Shown: piece after piece, positions 26,963-37,324 of the stretch
Position numbering within the stretch: the stretch's first letter is position 1
Layout of the letters: the number at the start of each line of letters is the position of its first letter
Assembly (NCBI GenBank): GCA_027371815.1
Contig: DAHXLC010000083.1
Span: 1 to 37,489, forward strand
DNA length: 37,489 bases
Direction of reading: 5' to 3'
Source: Candidatus Melainabacteria bacterium
GTDB taxonomy: Bacteria; Cyanobacteriota; Vampirovibrionia; Obscuribacterales; JAKAZS01
Program-made: the position numbers and the translations under genes
Notes under the pieces: generated by a model
What the model saw: the letters and a program-made list of their open reading frames with translations, nothing else
Database searches by the model: none
Told to the model about the DNA's origin: nothing

Positions 26963-28335
26963 TTACCCAGCAAATGCCTAAAGGCTAACTCTAAATCAGG
27001 ATAAGCAAATTCATAACCAGTATTTTCCAGTTTTTTTGGATACACTTTACTACTAGCCAATAAAAGTTCTTGCGCCATCTGACCTAAAAGCATTTTCAAA
27101 GCAATTTCTGGCACTGGAAATATTGTTGGCCGCGAAATAACTTTACCCAAAATCTTCGTAAATTCAGAATTGGTAACGGGATTAGGACTAACCAAATTTA
27201 CCGCGCCAATAATAGTATCAGTATTTAAAATGTGCAGCACTGAACCAAGAATATCGTCAATAGCGATCCAACTCATATACTGCTTCCCATTACCAAGATT
27301 ACCACCGCCACCAAGATTAAACACCGGTAAAATCTTAGCTAAAACACCACCCGACGGGCTTAACACCAGGCCAATTCTTAAATTTACAGTTCTAATACCG
27401 CTAGTGCTTACAGCACCAGTTGATGATTCCCAGGCTTTACATAAATCAGCCAAAAAGCCACTACCACTCAAACTGTGTTCATCAAGACTTTCACTGCCAC
27501 GGTCACCATAATAACCTATCGCTGAAGCACAGATAAAAATCTTCGGCTTATTTTGTAATTGCGCAATAGCATCAACAATCAACTTAGTACCAACAGTGCG
27601 ACTATTGATTAACTTAGTTTTTTGACTCTTTGTCCATGGCAAATTAGCAATATTTTCTCCAGCCAGATGAATTATGGCGTCAAAACCTTCAAGCTGAGAA
27701 GAATCTAATTCGCCAAGTTCTGGATTCCAATATATTCCTTCAGCATTTTTATGTCGCACTATGGGAATTACTTGATGAGATTGACTGGATAAAAAAGCTT
27801 TCAAACTTTTTCCAATAAGTCCAGAAGCTCCTGTTAAAGCAATTTTCATCTTAGGGTTCTCCTTGTATTTTGTAAAGTATTTAAGGTCTTGGTGCATAAT
27901 TCGACTGCGATAAGCAAATAACTTGGTAAAATCAGATTTTAGATAAAATTCACCAAAAGCATTTGAGACAGGTTTTAAAGGCAGGTCAAAGTTAATAGTA
28001 TCATTAATTACCGTACCCAAATTATTATCAATTGAAGAGAATTGATGACTGTGTTCGTAGAAGGCAAAAGGACCAATGATTTGACTGTCTTTAAAACCAA
28101 CACCTTCAACAAAATCACTGTGCCGAAGTTTAAACTGCACAGGTATACCATTTTGCGTAACGGTAAGCTGAACACAGGAATTAGCTTCATAAAATTTTCC
28201 CATTTTATTAACTTTAACATTGGCAAATGACGGTGTTAATCTTTCAAATATACCATCTTGTTTATGCCAATCAAAAACAGTACTGATATTATAGGGAAGT
28301 TTAGTGATAAATTTACAAGTAACCAATTTTTGCAA
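26959..28335 (-). CDS. SRPBCC domain fused to a TIGR01777-family NAD-dependent epimerase
   Basis: N-terminal VFDWH...FERLTP...FKDSQIIGPF..YEHSHQF (SRPBCC); MKIALTGASGLIG, IHLAGENI, SAIGYYG, GNGKQYMSWI, NPVTNSEF. Confidence 0.9.
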   Translation of the reverse strand: MQKLVTCKFITKLPYNISTVFDWHKQDGIFERLTPSFANVKVNKMGKFYEANSCVQLTVTQNGIPVQFKLRHSDFVEGVGFKDSQIIGPFAFYEHSHQFSSIDNNLGTVINDTINFDLPLKPVSNAFGEFYLKSDFTKLFAYRSRIMHQDLKYFTKYKENPKMKIALTGASGLIGKSLKAFLSSQSHQVIPIVRHKNAEGIYWNPELGELDSSQLEGFDAIIHLAGENIANLPWTKSQKTKLINSRTVGTKLIVDAIAQLQNKPKIFICASAIGYYGDRGSESLDEHSLSGSGFLADLCKAWESSTGAVSTSGIRTVNLRIGLVLSPSGGVLAKILPVFNLGGGGNLGNGKQYMSWIAIDDILGSVLHILNTDTIIGAVNLVSPNPVTNSEFTKILGKVISRPTIFPVPEIALKMLLGQMAQELLLASSKVYPKKLENTGYEFAYPDLELAFRHLLGK

Positions 28336-28567
28336 AATTCCTTAGCATCAGGGTATTAAAATTATAATATTTTAACCATTTGAACTTTTCATGAACACCA
28401 AAAAAATCTTGAACTTAAGACCAAAATAATCAGAAAAACCTTGGGAAATTAAAGTGAAAAACAACTGCACCCAATAAACATTATTACAGTTAAAATTAAT
28501 TTTTGCTCACTTGTAAACCCATTTTAGCTATAATAAAAATTGCATCGGAATAGTTAGGAGTAACATA

Positions 28568-31273
28568 ATGAGCCTTACTGGCGCCAATATACGACAAAAA
28601 TTTATTGATTTCTTTAAATTTAAACATAATCATACACATGTGCCAAGTTCATCATTAATACCTGACAACCCCACGTTACTATTAACTTCTGCTGGTATGG
28701 TTCAATTTGTTCCGATATTTCTGGGTCAAACCAATCCCCCTAACCCACCCCGAGCGGTAACGGTACAAAAATGTGCCCGTGCCGGCGGTAAAGATTCAGA
28801 CATAGAAAATATTGGCCAAACAGGAAGACATCACAGTTTCTTTGAAATGCTGGGTAACTTTAGTTTTGGCGATTATTTTAAGGCACAAATTATTCCTTGG
28901 GCTTGGGACTTTATCACTAATGACTTGGGTTTAAGTCCTGACAAATTATATGTAACCGTTTTTGCTGGTGATGAAATTAACGCCTTTGATGAAGAAGCCT
29001 ATAATATCTGGGTTGATAAAGTTGGGATTAGTCCGAGACGAATTTTTAAAATGAGTCGCAAGGATAATTTCTGGGGACCACCTGGGCCAACAGGTCCTTG
29101 CGGTCCTTGTTCGGAAATTTATTATGATCGTGGCAGTAATTATGGATGTAAAGACAACTGTGGCATCGGATCCTGTTCTTGTGATCGCTATCTGGAAATA
29201 TGGAATTTAGTTTTCATGGAATTTAACAAAGACGAAAATGGAAATTACAGTCAATTAACCAAAAAAAATATTGATACCGGCGCTGGACTCGAAAGACTTG
29301 CAACTATCCTTCAAGACAAGCATAACAGTTTTGAAACAGATTTATTTTCGCCAATAATGACGGAATTATGCAAATTATCCAATTTGGACTATGTTTCACC
29401 TAATAGTCCTGACTATCAAGAATCTTATTTTTTAACCAATAAATATTTAAAAATTATCCTTGATCATTTAAGATGTAGTGTATTTTTAATGAGCGATGGC
29501 GTAAGGGTAAGCAATATTGGACGCGGTTATGTCTTACGTTTTATAATTAGAAGAGCAGCTCGTTTTGGTCGATTACTAGGTTTAACCGAACCATTTCTCT
29601 ACAAACTGGTACCTAATATTGCCAAAAATTATGGTACTTTTTATGAAGAAGTTAAAAACGAACAAAAACTTGTCGAAAAACTTATTTACGACGAAGAAAT
29701 CAGATTCAGCAAAACTATTGAACGCGGCTTAACCATTTTAAATAACTGGCTAACCGAAGGAGAAGTAGTACTATCTGGTCAAATTGCCTTTAACTTATAT
29801 GCGACATATGGTTTTCCCTTAGAATTGACCAAGGAAATCATTGAAGAGCAAGGTCGAACGATTGATCTTAGAGGATTTAACCAGGCCAAAAAACAACATG
29901 AGGAAATCTCAAGTGTTAACAAATTTAACGTCATAATTACTGGTGGCAATGTTTTTGCCGATATTTTACGCCAGTTTGGCAAAACCAAATTTAATGGCTA
30001 TGATGAATTTGAGTGCAACGCTCAGATATTAGCAATTATTCAAGATGGGCAAAATTTACTTAAAATAAATGAAGGTGAATTAGGCGATTTACTTCTTAAT
30101 CAGACTGTATTTTATGCTGAATCAGGTGGTCAACTTGGTGACAAGGGTATAATTACCACTGCTACAGGAGAATTATTAGTACTTGACACTAAAAATCATG
30201 AAGGGCTAAATCTTCATAAAGTTAAAGTTAAACACGGTTATGTTGAAATTAACCAAGACGTAACCGCACTAATCGATAAAAATTTTCGCAAAGCTACCAT
30301 GCTACATCACAGCAGCGCTCACCTCTTTCACGCTGCGATTCGTTCGTACTTAGGCAATCATGTTATGCAGGCCGGATCACAAGTTGGCTCACAGGCCATG
30401 CGTTTTGATTTTAACTTTGACCGTCAATTAACTAATTCAGATATATTTGCCATTGAATCTATGATGAATGAATGGGTTCGTAACAATGATAAAGTCACTA
30501 CGGAAGTTTTAAGTATAGCTGAGGCTAAAAACACTGGGGCTATAGCCATGTTTGGTGAAAAATATGGTGACTTAGTTCGGGTAGTGAGCATGGGTGATTT
30601 TTCCAAAGAATTTTGTGGTGGCACTCATATTAAACAAACTGGTGAACTTGGGCTTATTAAAATTATTCAAGAATCCAGCATTGCGTCTGGAACCAGGCGT
30701 ATCGAGGCCTTAGCTGGTAAAAGGGCCTGGGATTATGTCGCTAATAATATTAATATCTTAAACCAAGCTTCTACCAGACTTAAAATCAAACCAGAAGATT
30801 TAGATAATCAATTAAGTAAACTTCAAGATGACTTAAAAATTGCCGACAAACAACTAACTAAACTGAAAGAAGAGCTAATTATCAAACAAATTCCTGATTT
30901 AATATCACAAAGTAAGATTATTAATAACATTAGCATAATAATTACTGAAGTAAAAAATATTGATGCTAATAGCCTGAAAGTTTTAGCTGAAAATATTAAA
31001 GCTCAATTAGATAGTATTATTTTAGTACTAGTATCTAAAACCAATCCGCATAATTTAAGTTTAATTGTCGCAATGTCTAATAAACTTACTAACAAAACAT
31101 TTAATGCCAATTTACTCATTAAATCATTAACACAAATTGCCAATGGTACTGGAGGGGGTCGACCAGATTTCGCCCAGGCTGGGGCAAAAGATGTACATAA
31201 AATCAACGAAATACTTGAACATGCCCAAAAAGCCATAAAATCTTATTTAACTGAAAACATTTTAACCTTTTAG
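28568..31273 (+). CDS. alaS: Alanine--tRNA ligase
   Basis: PTLLLTSAGMVQF, GRHHSFFEMLGNFSFGDYFK, GPCGPCSEIYYD, DTGAGLER, FYAESGGQ, editing-site HSSAH and FCGGTH, GGGRPDFAQAG. Confidence 0.98.
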   Translation: MSLTGANIRQKFIDFFKFKHNHTHVPSSSLIPDNPTLLLTSAGMVQFVPIFLGQTNPPNPPRAVTVQKCARAGGKDSDIENIGQTGRHHSFFEMLGNFSFGDYFKAQIIPWAWDFITNDLGLSPDKLYVTVFAGDEINAFDEEAYNIWVDKVGISPRRIFKMSRKDNFWGPPGPTGPCGPCSEIYYDRGSNYGCKDNCGIGSCSCDRYLEIWNLVFMEFNKDENGNYSQLTKKNIDTGAGLERLATILQDKHNSFETDLFSPIMTELCKLSNLDYVSPNSPDYQESYFLTNKYLKIILDHLRCSVFLMSDGVRVSNIGRGYVLRFIIRRAARFGRLLGLTEPFLYKLVPNIAKNYGTFYEEVKNEQKLVEKLIYDEEIRFSKTIERGLTILNNWLTEGEVVLSGQIAFNLYATYGFPLELTKEIIEEQGRTIDLRGFNQAKKQHEEISSVNKFNVIITGGNVFADILRQFGKTKFNGYDEFECNAQILAIIQDGQNLLKINEGELGDLLLNQTVFYAESGGQLGDKGIITTATGELLVLDTKNHEGLNLHKVKVKHGYVEINQDVTALIDKNFRKATMLHHSSAHLFHAAIRSYLGNHVMQAGSQVGSQAMRFDFNFDRQLTNSDIFAIESMMNEWVRNNDKVTTEVLSIAEAKNTGAIAMFGEKYGDLVRVVSMGDFSKEFCGGTHIKQTGELGLIKIIQESSIASGTRRIEALAGKRAWDYVANNINILNQASTRLKIKPEDLDNQLSKLQDDLKIADKQLTKLKEELIIKQIPDLISQSKIINNISIIITEVKNIDANSLKVLAENIKAQLDSIILVLVSKTNPHNLSLIVAMSNKLTNKTFNANLLIKSLTQIANGTGGGRPDFAQAGAKDVHKINEILEHAQKAIKSYLTENILTF

Positions 31274-31324
31274 CCCGTTTTTTAAGCTATAATTAATTAG
31301 TAAAAACTTAATAGGTAATTAGCA

Positions 31325-31753
31325 ATGATTGATATGCAAAGCACGATTAAAATATATGCTGATGGCGGTTCGCGGGGAAATCCAGGTCCAGCAGCTAGTG
31401 GTGCGGTTATTTTCGATCAACAGAATAATATTCTCGCACAAATTGGAACCTATCTGGATATTAATACCAATAATTATGCTGAATATTATGGGTTAATTAC
31501 AGGTCTTGAAAAAGCACTTGAGCTTGGCTATAAAAGTGTAGAAGTCTACCTCGATTCACAGCTGGTGGTCAAGCAAATGACCGGTGAATACAAAGTAAAA
31601 AATTTAAATTTACAGCCTCTATTTCTTCAAGCTGTTAAATTAAAGAAAGAATTTACTACTTTTAAAATTTTTCATATAAGACGCGAATTAAATAAAATAG
31701 CCGATAAGTTAGTAAATAAGGTTCTTGATGAACACCAAATATTGTCAGTATAG
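31325..31753 (+). CDS. rnhA: Ribonuclease HI
   Basis: YADGGSRGNPG, TNNYAEY, LDSQLVVKQM, RRELNKIAD (DEDD set present). Confidence 0.92.
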   Translation: MIDMQSTIKIYADGGSRGNPGPAASGAVIFDQQNNILAQIGTYLDINTNNYAEYYGLITGLEKALELGYKSVEVYLDSQLVVKQMTGEYKVKNLNLQPLFLQAVKLKKEFTTFKIFHIRRELNKIADKLVNKVLDEHQILSV

Positions 31754-31791
31754 CCTGATGCGTAAAGATTTACGCTAAATTAAATTGAGCA

Positions 31792-33381
31792 ATGTTTTTA
31801 CATAAACACAATATTTTTATCATATTATTTTTTATTTTAACCCTGTCCATTTTAATAGTTAAAACTGCTACCCACCCTCAGCATTTTGTCGACGACTGTG
31901 CTTTATTTTTTTACTGTGCAAAAAAAATGTTATTAGGACAAAGACCTTATCTTGATTTTATTGAACACAACCCACCCTTAATATACTATCTTAATTTATT
32001 TCCGGCATTCCTGCAATTATCTGCTCATATTCCAGCACCATTAGCTTTTTCACTATTTATATTAATTTTATCAATTTTATCTTTCACTTTATCCTACATT
32101 ATTCTTTATAAAGCCCAATTACAATTTTCAATACATCAGTCATTTTTAATTGCTTTATCTATTTTAAACTTATTTGTCTATGAAACACTTGGACAAAGAG
32201 AGCATCTCATAATTTTATTTATTGTACCTTATCTAATCATCCGCAGTATCCGGTTCGAAAATGGAAAAGTCAACGCAAACCTGGCAATGTTTAGTGGTAT
32301 TATAGCGGGATTAAGTTTATGTATTAAGCCATGGTATGCTGTTTTATTAATAGTTTATGATTGCACCTGGAGTATTAGCACCCGCCAATATAAAAAATTA
32401 TTTGCTCGAGAAGCTATATTTATTATAGCTACCATTTTAATTTATCTGTTGCATTTTTTACTACTACCTAGCGATGAGATTAACTCATATTTTGGCACAA
32501 TTTTACCACTGTCAATAAGTGGCTATCATGCAACTAACACTCATTGGACTAATCTTTTAATCGTCCTGTTACTTGGTGTATCGCCAAATTATTCACCTGT
32601 ACCCAAATATTTTGTCTTTTATTTACTAGTTTTAATATACCTATCGCTAAAAAATCAACGGAAAAATAAAATATTTTTACCCTGTTTAAGCTTATTATTT
32701 GCCAGTATCTTTACCTACCTCTGGCAAGGTAAGTGGCTAGACTATCACCATATTCCCATTCAATATTCATATTATTTATTAACAGCCTTAAATGCTTTTG
32801 TTTTTGCTAACTGGCTCGTAAATAAATATCCCTTAAAATTATTACCTAATTTAAGCTCTAACAATTTAACAACCTTTATTACCATCGGTTCAATAACTGT
32901 ACTATCACCAATTTTAAGTTGTTATGGTAAAATAAATTATCAAAATGCTGGTTCACAAAGCATTTTAAAATATACTAAACCTGGGGATTATGTCATGGTT
33001 TTAGCTTATTTGCCACGAGTTTTACCAGAACTATTTCAACGTCGAATGGCTACTAGATATCAACCAGAAGGTTACCCAACCATCGAATTAAGCTACTTGC
33101 ACAATCATGAATCTTCCCTGATTACCAAAAACAAATTAAAACGAATCGAAGTCACATTATTACATGATTTAATTAATGAAGTAATAAAATACAAACCTCA
33201 ACTTATAATAATCAGTTATCTTCCTGGTAATCCTTACTTAGATGAATTAACATACTATCAATCGATAGGCTTTATTGATTACTGTTTAAAAACTTATTCA
33301 ATCCTAAATGATCCTCAAATTAATCATCTGGATTATGGATTTCCGCCAGCTAAATTTTTTATTTTAAGACCACGTAAATAA
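31792..33381 (+). CDS. Multi-TM GT-C-type glycosyltransferase-like protein
   Basis: First loop DDCALF..GQRPYLDFIEHNPPLIYYL; GQREH, IKP, QGKWLDYH; many TM segments. Confidence 0.65.
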   Translation: MFLHKHNIFIILFFILTLSILIVKTATHPQHFVDDCALFFYCAKKMLLGQRPYLDFIEHNPPLIYYLNLFPAFLQLSAHIPAPLAFSLFILILSILSFTLSYIILYKAQLQFSIHQSFLIALSILNLFVYETLGQREHLIILFIVPYLIIRSIRFENGKVNANLAMFSGIIAGLSLCIKPWYAVLLIVYDCTWSISTRQYKKLFAREAIFIIATILIYLLHFLLLPSDEINSYFGTILPLSISGYHATNTHWTNLLIVLLLGVSPNYSPVPKYFVFYLLVLIYLSLKNQRKNKIFLPCLSLLFASIFTYLWQGKWLDYHHIPIQYSYYLLTALNAFVFANWLVNKYPLKLLPNLSSNNLTTFITIGSITVLSPILSCYGKINYQNAGSQSILKYTKPGDYVMVLAYLPRVLPELFQRRMATRYQPEGYPTIELSYLHNHESSLITKNKLKRIEVTLLHDLINEVIKYKPQLIIISYLPGNPYLDELTYYQSIGFIDYCLKTYSILNDPQINHLDYGFPPAKFFILRPRK

Positions 33382-33412
33382 TTTTTACTAATAATTTGGT
33401 AAGCTTTGGGAA

Positions 33413-34219
33413 TCACGGAATTAAATTATTTAAATGATTTGCTAATAAGTAATTATGAAAACTAATGCTTAAATTTTTACCATTCCAAAAATTTGTTGGT
33501 TGATAGTCTTTAATACGGGTTTCCGGAAATAAATATTTTTGAGATTCACTTATGGCTTGACCATGGCTATCAAAAAATTGACTATGGCAATGTGCTTCAG
33601 CTACATTCTGAGCGACTTGTTTAAAGGCCTGAAAATCTTCAGTCTGATAACTTTTAACAATCTGATTATTACTATTATTGACAATAATGTCATTGGTAAT
33701 ACAGTGAATACTATAAAGCTCATTAGTTATTTTCAAAACTTCAAAAAATATTACTAATTTAATATCGGTATAATTTTGATTGACGACTTTCTCCGTGTAA
33801 GGATAAGAAACATAATTCCAGATTTGCCCAGTTTTATCAGTCTGAAAACCATAAAAATGATTCACGGCACTTTTAAAAGTTTTGGGTCCAGCTAATGTAA
33901 AATCTGTCTGAATTTCGCGATGGAATTCACCACTGCGCCAATTTGGTATCTTAAACCACAAATCCGTAGTTCCATTTTGCGGTAAATTACTGGCATTATA
34001 GGTAGCCCCAGCCTGGAGTGTTGGTGCCATCGGTTGAATCCGACTTGGGCTTGGAGTTAATCCAGTTGAAACTGCGTTAACCGAAGAGTTTAAATTTTGC
34101 ATATTTAATTGTCGATCGGTTTCAATATTGCCATTTAATTCACTTGAAGGTTGGCTTTGTGCCAGAACATTCAACCTGAAAAACAACATAATTAAAATCA
34201 ATATATGTTTTAAGGGCAT
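33413..34219 (-). CDS. Exported hypothetical protein
   Basis: Signal peptide from ATG 34219 (MPLKHILIL…VLA), 1 nt after the obgE stop; beta-rich domain WFKIPNWRSG…YGFQTDKTGQIW. No family recognised. Confidence 0.65.
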   Translation of the reverse strand: MPLKHILILIMLFFRLNVLAQSQPSSELNGNIETDRQLNMQNLNSSVNAVSTGLTPSPSRIQPMAPTLQAGATYNASNLPQNGTTDLWFKIPNWRSGEFHREIQTDFTLAGPKTFKSAVNHFYGFQTDKTGQIWNYVSYPYTEKVVNQNYTDIKLVIFFEVLKITNELYSIHCITNDIIVNNSNNQIVKSYQTEDFQAFKQVAQNVAEAHCHSQFFDSHGQAISESQKYLFPETRIKDYQPTNFWNGKNLSISFHNYLLANHLNNLIP

Positions 34220-34220
34220 T

Positions 34221-35534
34221 TTAAAATAAATCTTCAAGATATTTAAAGGTCAGGTTATTTATAATAATCGGCGTACCTGGTTTTAGCCTTAATTCCATAA
34301 TTTTAGCCATAACTCCATATTTCTTTAAAATATAAGAAAAATGTTGAACCGATTCTGGATCTCTTAAATTCGTTACACTAAGATACCGATTAATAAAATC
34401 ACCTTCTACATAATACTGTCCACCATTTTGATAAATCACAAAATGCTTATCATTTTTATCTTTATGAGCAGTTGGCTTATACTGATTATATTCTAATATT
34501 TCTTGATCAAAAACTTGGGGGACATCCATTAACCCATTAATTTCACTTTGTAATTCTGCTAATCCTATACTATTTAAAGCTGATATTGCCAATATCTTAT
34601 GATGCGTTAACAACTTGCTTTTGACTTTATTAAGCTGAAGCTGTAAGTCCTTAATTAAATCAAAAACACATACCGATTCGTCTAAAAGATCAATTTTGTT
34701 CAAAACCAAGATATTTTTCTTATGTTTAAAATTAGGACTATAAGCTAATAATTCAAATTCTAAATCACAAATATTGGTAAATAAATCTGGACTGCTTATA
34801 TCAATCACTTGAATTAAACAGGCTGTGCGTTCAATATGTTTCAAAAATTGTAAGCCAAGCCCATGCCCTGATGAAGCCCCTTTAATTAAGCCGGGGATAT
34901 CCGCAAAAGTTATCTTGAGATTACCGTGTCCAACTCCTAAATTCGGCGTTAAAGTCGAAAAAGGATAGCTGGCAATTTTAGGTTTAGCATTTGATAATTT
35001 AGCCAGTAAACTTGATTTACCCGCATTAGGTAAACCTATAATACCAATATCAGCCAGCGTTTTTAATTCTAATTTAAGATTCAAAGTAGTTCCCGGCCGA
35101 CCTGGTTCACAATAATGGGGAGCCTTATTAAGCATAGTTGCTATACTGGCATTGCCATAACCACCTAATCCTCCACTGGCAACAACAATTTGTTGATTGG
35201 GATAAATTAAATCAGCAATTATTTCATTACTATCTAAGTCAGTGATTACCGTTCCCAAAGGAACTGGTATTAATAGATTACTGGCATTAGCACCATGCCG
35301 CTTTTTAGGACCACCACGATAACCAGCTTTAGCAACAAAACTACTTTTATAAGTAAAATCATATAAACTGGTAAAATTAGGACTGGCCACGAAAATAATA
35401 TCTCCGCCTTTACCACCATCGCCACCAGCTGGCCCCCCCATTGGCTCATATTTTTCCCGACGCCAGGCTACCAAACCATTACCTCCGTCACCAGAAGTCA
35501 CTTCAATAATTGCTTCGTCAATAAATTTTGCCAT
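34221..35534 (-). CDS. obgE: GTPase ObgE/CgtA with C-terminal OCT-like domain
   Basis: FIDEA.I.V.SGDGGNG..RREKY.P.GGP.GGDGGKGG; GLPNAGKS, YPFSTL, DIPG, NKID, SAL. Confidence 0.96.
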   Translation of the reverse strand: MAKFIDEAIIEVTSGDGGNGLVAWRREKYEPMGGPAGGDGGKGGDIIFVASPNFTSLYDFTYKSSFVAKAGYRGGPKKRHGANASNLLIPVPLGTVITDLDSNEIIADLIYPNQQIVVASGGLGGYGNASIATMLNKAPHYCEPGRPGTTLNLKLELKTLADIGIIGLPNAGKSSLLAKLSNAKPKIASYPFSTLTPNLGVGHGNLKITFADIPGLIKGASSGHGLGLQFLKHIERTACLIQVIDISSPDLFTNICDLEFELLAYSPNFKHKKNILVLNKIDLLDESVCVFDLIKDLQLQLNKVKSKLLTHHKILAISALNSIGLAELQSEINGLMDVPQVFDQEILEYNQYKPTAHKDKNDKHFVIYQNGGQYYVEGDFINRYLSVTNLRDPESVQHFSYILKKYGVMAKIMELRLKPGTPIIINNLTFKYLEDLF

Positions 35535-35690
35535 ACTTAAAATTTAGCCATATTTTATAATATATTTAAATTATAATTTGTTTAAGGGATTATATTATTT
35601 TTGCTTAATTAATTTAATTTCTCTTGATTAAGTTAAACTTTATAATTATTGTATTGTTATCTATAATTATAATTTTTGGAGGATACAATT

Positions 35691-35912
35691 TTGGCGCAAG
35701 AAGAAAAAGTTATAGTTGTCCATGAAAAATCTCGTGGCGAAACAGTTCGAGTCTATCTTGGTGAATATAAGGGAATTACCTATCTCCATATTCGCGAATG
35801 GTACACTGATAAGGATCAAGAACAAAAACCTACTAAAAAAGGTATAGCTTTACCGCTTGATAAAATACCCGGACTACGTGAAGCTTTAAATGAATTAGTG
35901 CCCCAAGACTAA
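35691..35912 (+). CDS. PC4/YdbC-family ssDNA-binding protein
   Basis: VRVYLGEYKGITYLHIREWY…PTKKGIAL (PC4 signature). Start moved to TTG 35691, 8 nt after SD GGAGG. Confidence 0.85.
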   Translation: MAQEEKVIVVHEKSRGETVRVYLGEYKGITYLHIREWYTDKDQEQKPTKKGIALPLDKIPGLREALNELVPQD

Positions 35913-35942
35913 ATTCAGTTCAAATCATAGGTAGCCTAATTA

Positions 35943-36782
35943 ATGACCAAATTTTTCTTTAAGCTAATTATAGCTTGTCTAATTATGTTTAGCGCTAATT
36001 CAGTTCTAGCCGTAACAATTAATACTTCCAGTTTAAATCCTTGTCAAGGAGAGACTGTTGAAATAACTATAGCCGAATTAGCAGAACCAATTAGAGCAAT
36101 CGAATTTTTGCAACAAAAATATAAACTATTTTTAATCAATGATTCGGCGCTTAACAAATCTTATCACTGCCTTGTGTCAATTCCTGTTACCCAAAAACCT
36201 GGCTCATATGCATTAAAATATAATAATGAAATTATTGGCAATTTAAATGTTAAATCAGCAAATTTTACGATTCAGAAATTAACCCTACCCAAAACTAAAG
36301 ACAATTTTATCATGTCACCCGGAGAAGCTGAAGCTATTGATCAAGCTAAAGCAACCTTAACCGACAAGCGCTTTTTTGATACTAAATTTATCCAGCCGGT
36401 AAAAGCTCGGATTTCTACCCAATTTGGCCTAAGAAGAATCGTAAATGGTAAACTTCTGGATGATTATTTTCATTCTGGTATTGATTATGCAGCTAACTTT
36501 AATACCAGTATCAAAGCCTGTGCTCCCGGGATTGTGGTATTAGCACGCCATAATTTTAAACTACATGGCAATACAGTATGTATAAATCATGGACAAGGTG
36601 TGGTATCGATATATATTCACATGAATAAAATAATGGTTAAAGAAGGACAAGCAGTTAAACTTGGACAAATAATTGGTACCGTAGGTCAATCCGGTAGAGC
36701 CAACGGTCCACATTTACATTTTAGCATTTATGTAAATCAAATTGCCACAAATCCAAAATACTGGTATGAGAAAGTATATTAA
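35943..36782 (+). CDS. Exported M23 family metallopeptidase
   Basis: Signal peptide; HSGID (HxxxD), GN.V.INHG, GPHLHF (HxH). Confidence 0.92.
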   Translation: MTKFFFKLIIACLIMFSANSVLAVTINTSSLNPCQGETVEITIAELAEPIRAIEFLQQKYKLFLINDSALNKSYHCLVSIPVTQKPGSYALKYNNEIIGNLNVKSANFTIQKLTLPKTKDNFIMSPGEAEAIDQAKATLTDKRFFDTKFIQPVKARISTQFGLRRIVNGKLLDDYFHSGIDYAANFNTSIKACAPGIVVLARHNFKLHGNTVCINHGQGVVSIYIHMNKIMVKEGQAVKLGQIIGTVGQSGRANGPHLHFSIYVNQIATNPKYWYEKVY

Positions 36783-36821
36783 AAGTCGCAAGCTCAATTC
36801 TATTAAGGGTTAATCAACCCC

Positions 36822-36874
36822 TTTAAAAATTAAGAGCCCGGTTTGAATTTATAACCGGGCTCTTAATTTTTAAA
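36822..36874. terminator. Bidirectional intrinsic terminator between the convergent M23 gene and sepF
   Basis: 22-bp perfect inverted repeat TTTAAAAATTAAGAGCCCGGTT / AACCGGGCTCTTAATTTTTAAA with a 9-nt loop, GC-rich core and T-tracts on both strands. Confidence 0.88.
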
Positions 36875-36898
36875 ATCTAAATTAGTTATTAAATAGTC

Positions 36899-37324
36899 TT
36901 AGGACTTATTCCAGAAAACATCTTTAATAGCTCGAGTTGAATTAGATTCACTGGTAATTACTACACTGGCTGGTGCAAATAAGAAAACACCATCGCCAAT
37001 ACGTTGCTGATGGCCATCAATTGCATGACAAGCACCAGACAAGAAATCAACTACACGCTGAGACTGTTCATTGTCGAGCATGTGTAAATTAATTAAAACT
37101 GACTTGCGTCCTCTCAAATGTTCGACTATTTCTACAGCTTCTTCAAAAGATCTAGGTTCAATCACCAAAACTTCTGATGCAGCTCCTTGCGCACTGGGAT
37201 GATCAACAACCTTGCTATTAGAACCAGGATTCATTAACCGCGAAGGTTTTACTTCACTAACGGGCTTTTCGTATATAGCTGGATTATTGGTAGCATATAC
37301 TTCATCCGTTGATTCAAATAAATC
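36899..37324 (-). CDS. sepF: Cell division protein SepF, 3' portion (5' end displaced by the inversion junction)
   Basis: EVLVIEPRSFEEA..IVEHLRGRKSVLINL..QSQRVVDFLSGACHAIDGHQQRIG..VFLFAP. The frame stays open upstream of ATG 37234 to 37324, where the junction gives TAA instead of GAA. Confidence 0.88.
   Translation of the reverse strand, partial: DLFESTDEVYATNNPAIYEKPVSEVKPSRLMNPGSNSKVVDHPSAQGAASEVLVIEPRSFEEAVEIVEHLRGRKSVLINLHMLDNEQSQRVVDFLSGACHAIDGHQQRIGDGVFLFAPASVVITSESNSTRAIKDVFWNKS

Noticed and set aside
7339-33757. Short antisense or alternate-frame ORFs in the track (7339, 9747, 10830, 11974, 12472, 17226, 27170, 28008, 28042, 29779, 30424, 31003, 33539)
   Set aside because: All lie within or mostly overlap better-supported genes and have no motifs. 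The poly-Cys in 11974..12225 is just the (GTT)7 repeat read in another frame.
36822-36874. 22-bp inverted repeat as a MITE/REP element
   Set aside because: Single copy in the window, between convergent genes, with T-tracts on both strands; fully explained as a bidirectional terminator.
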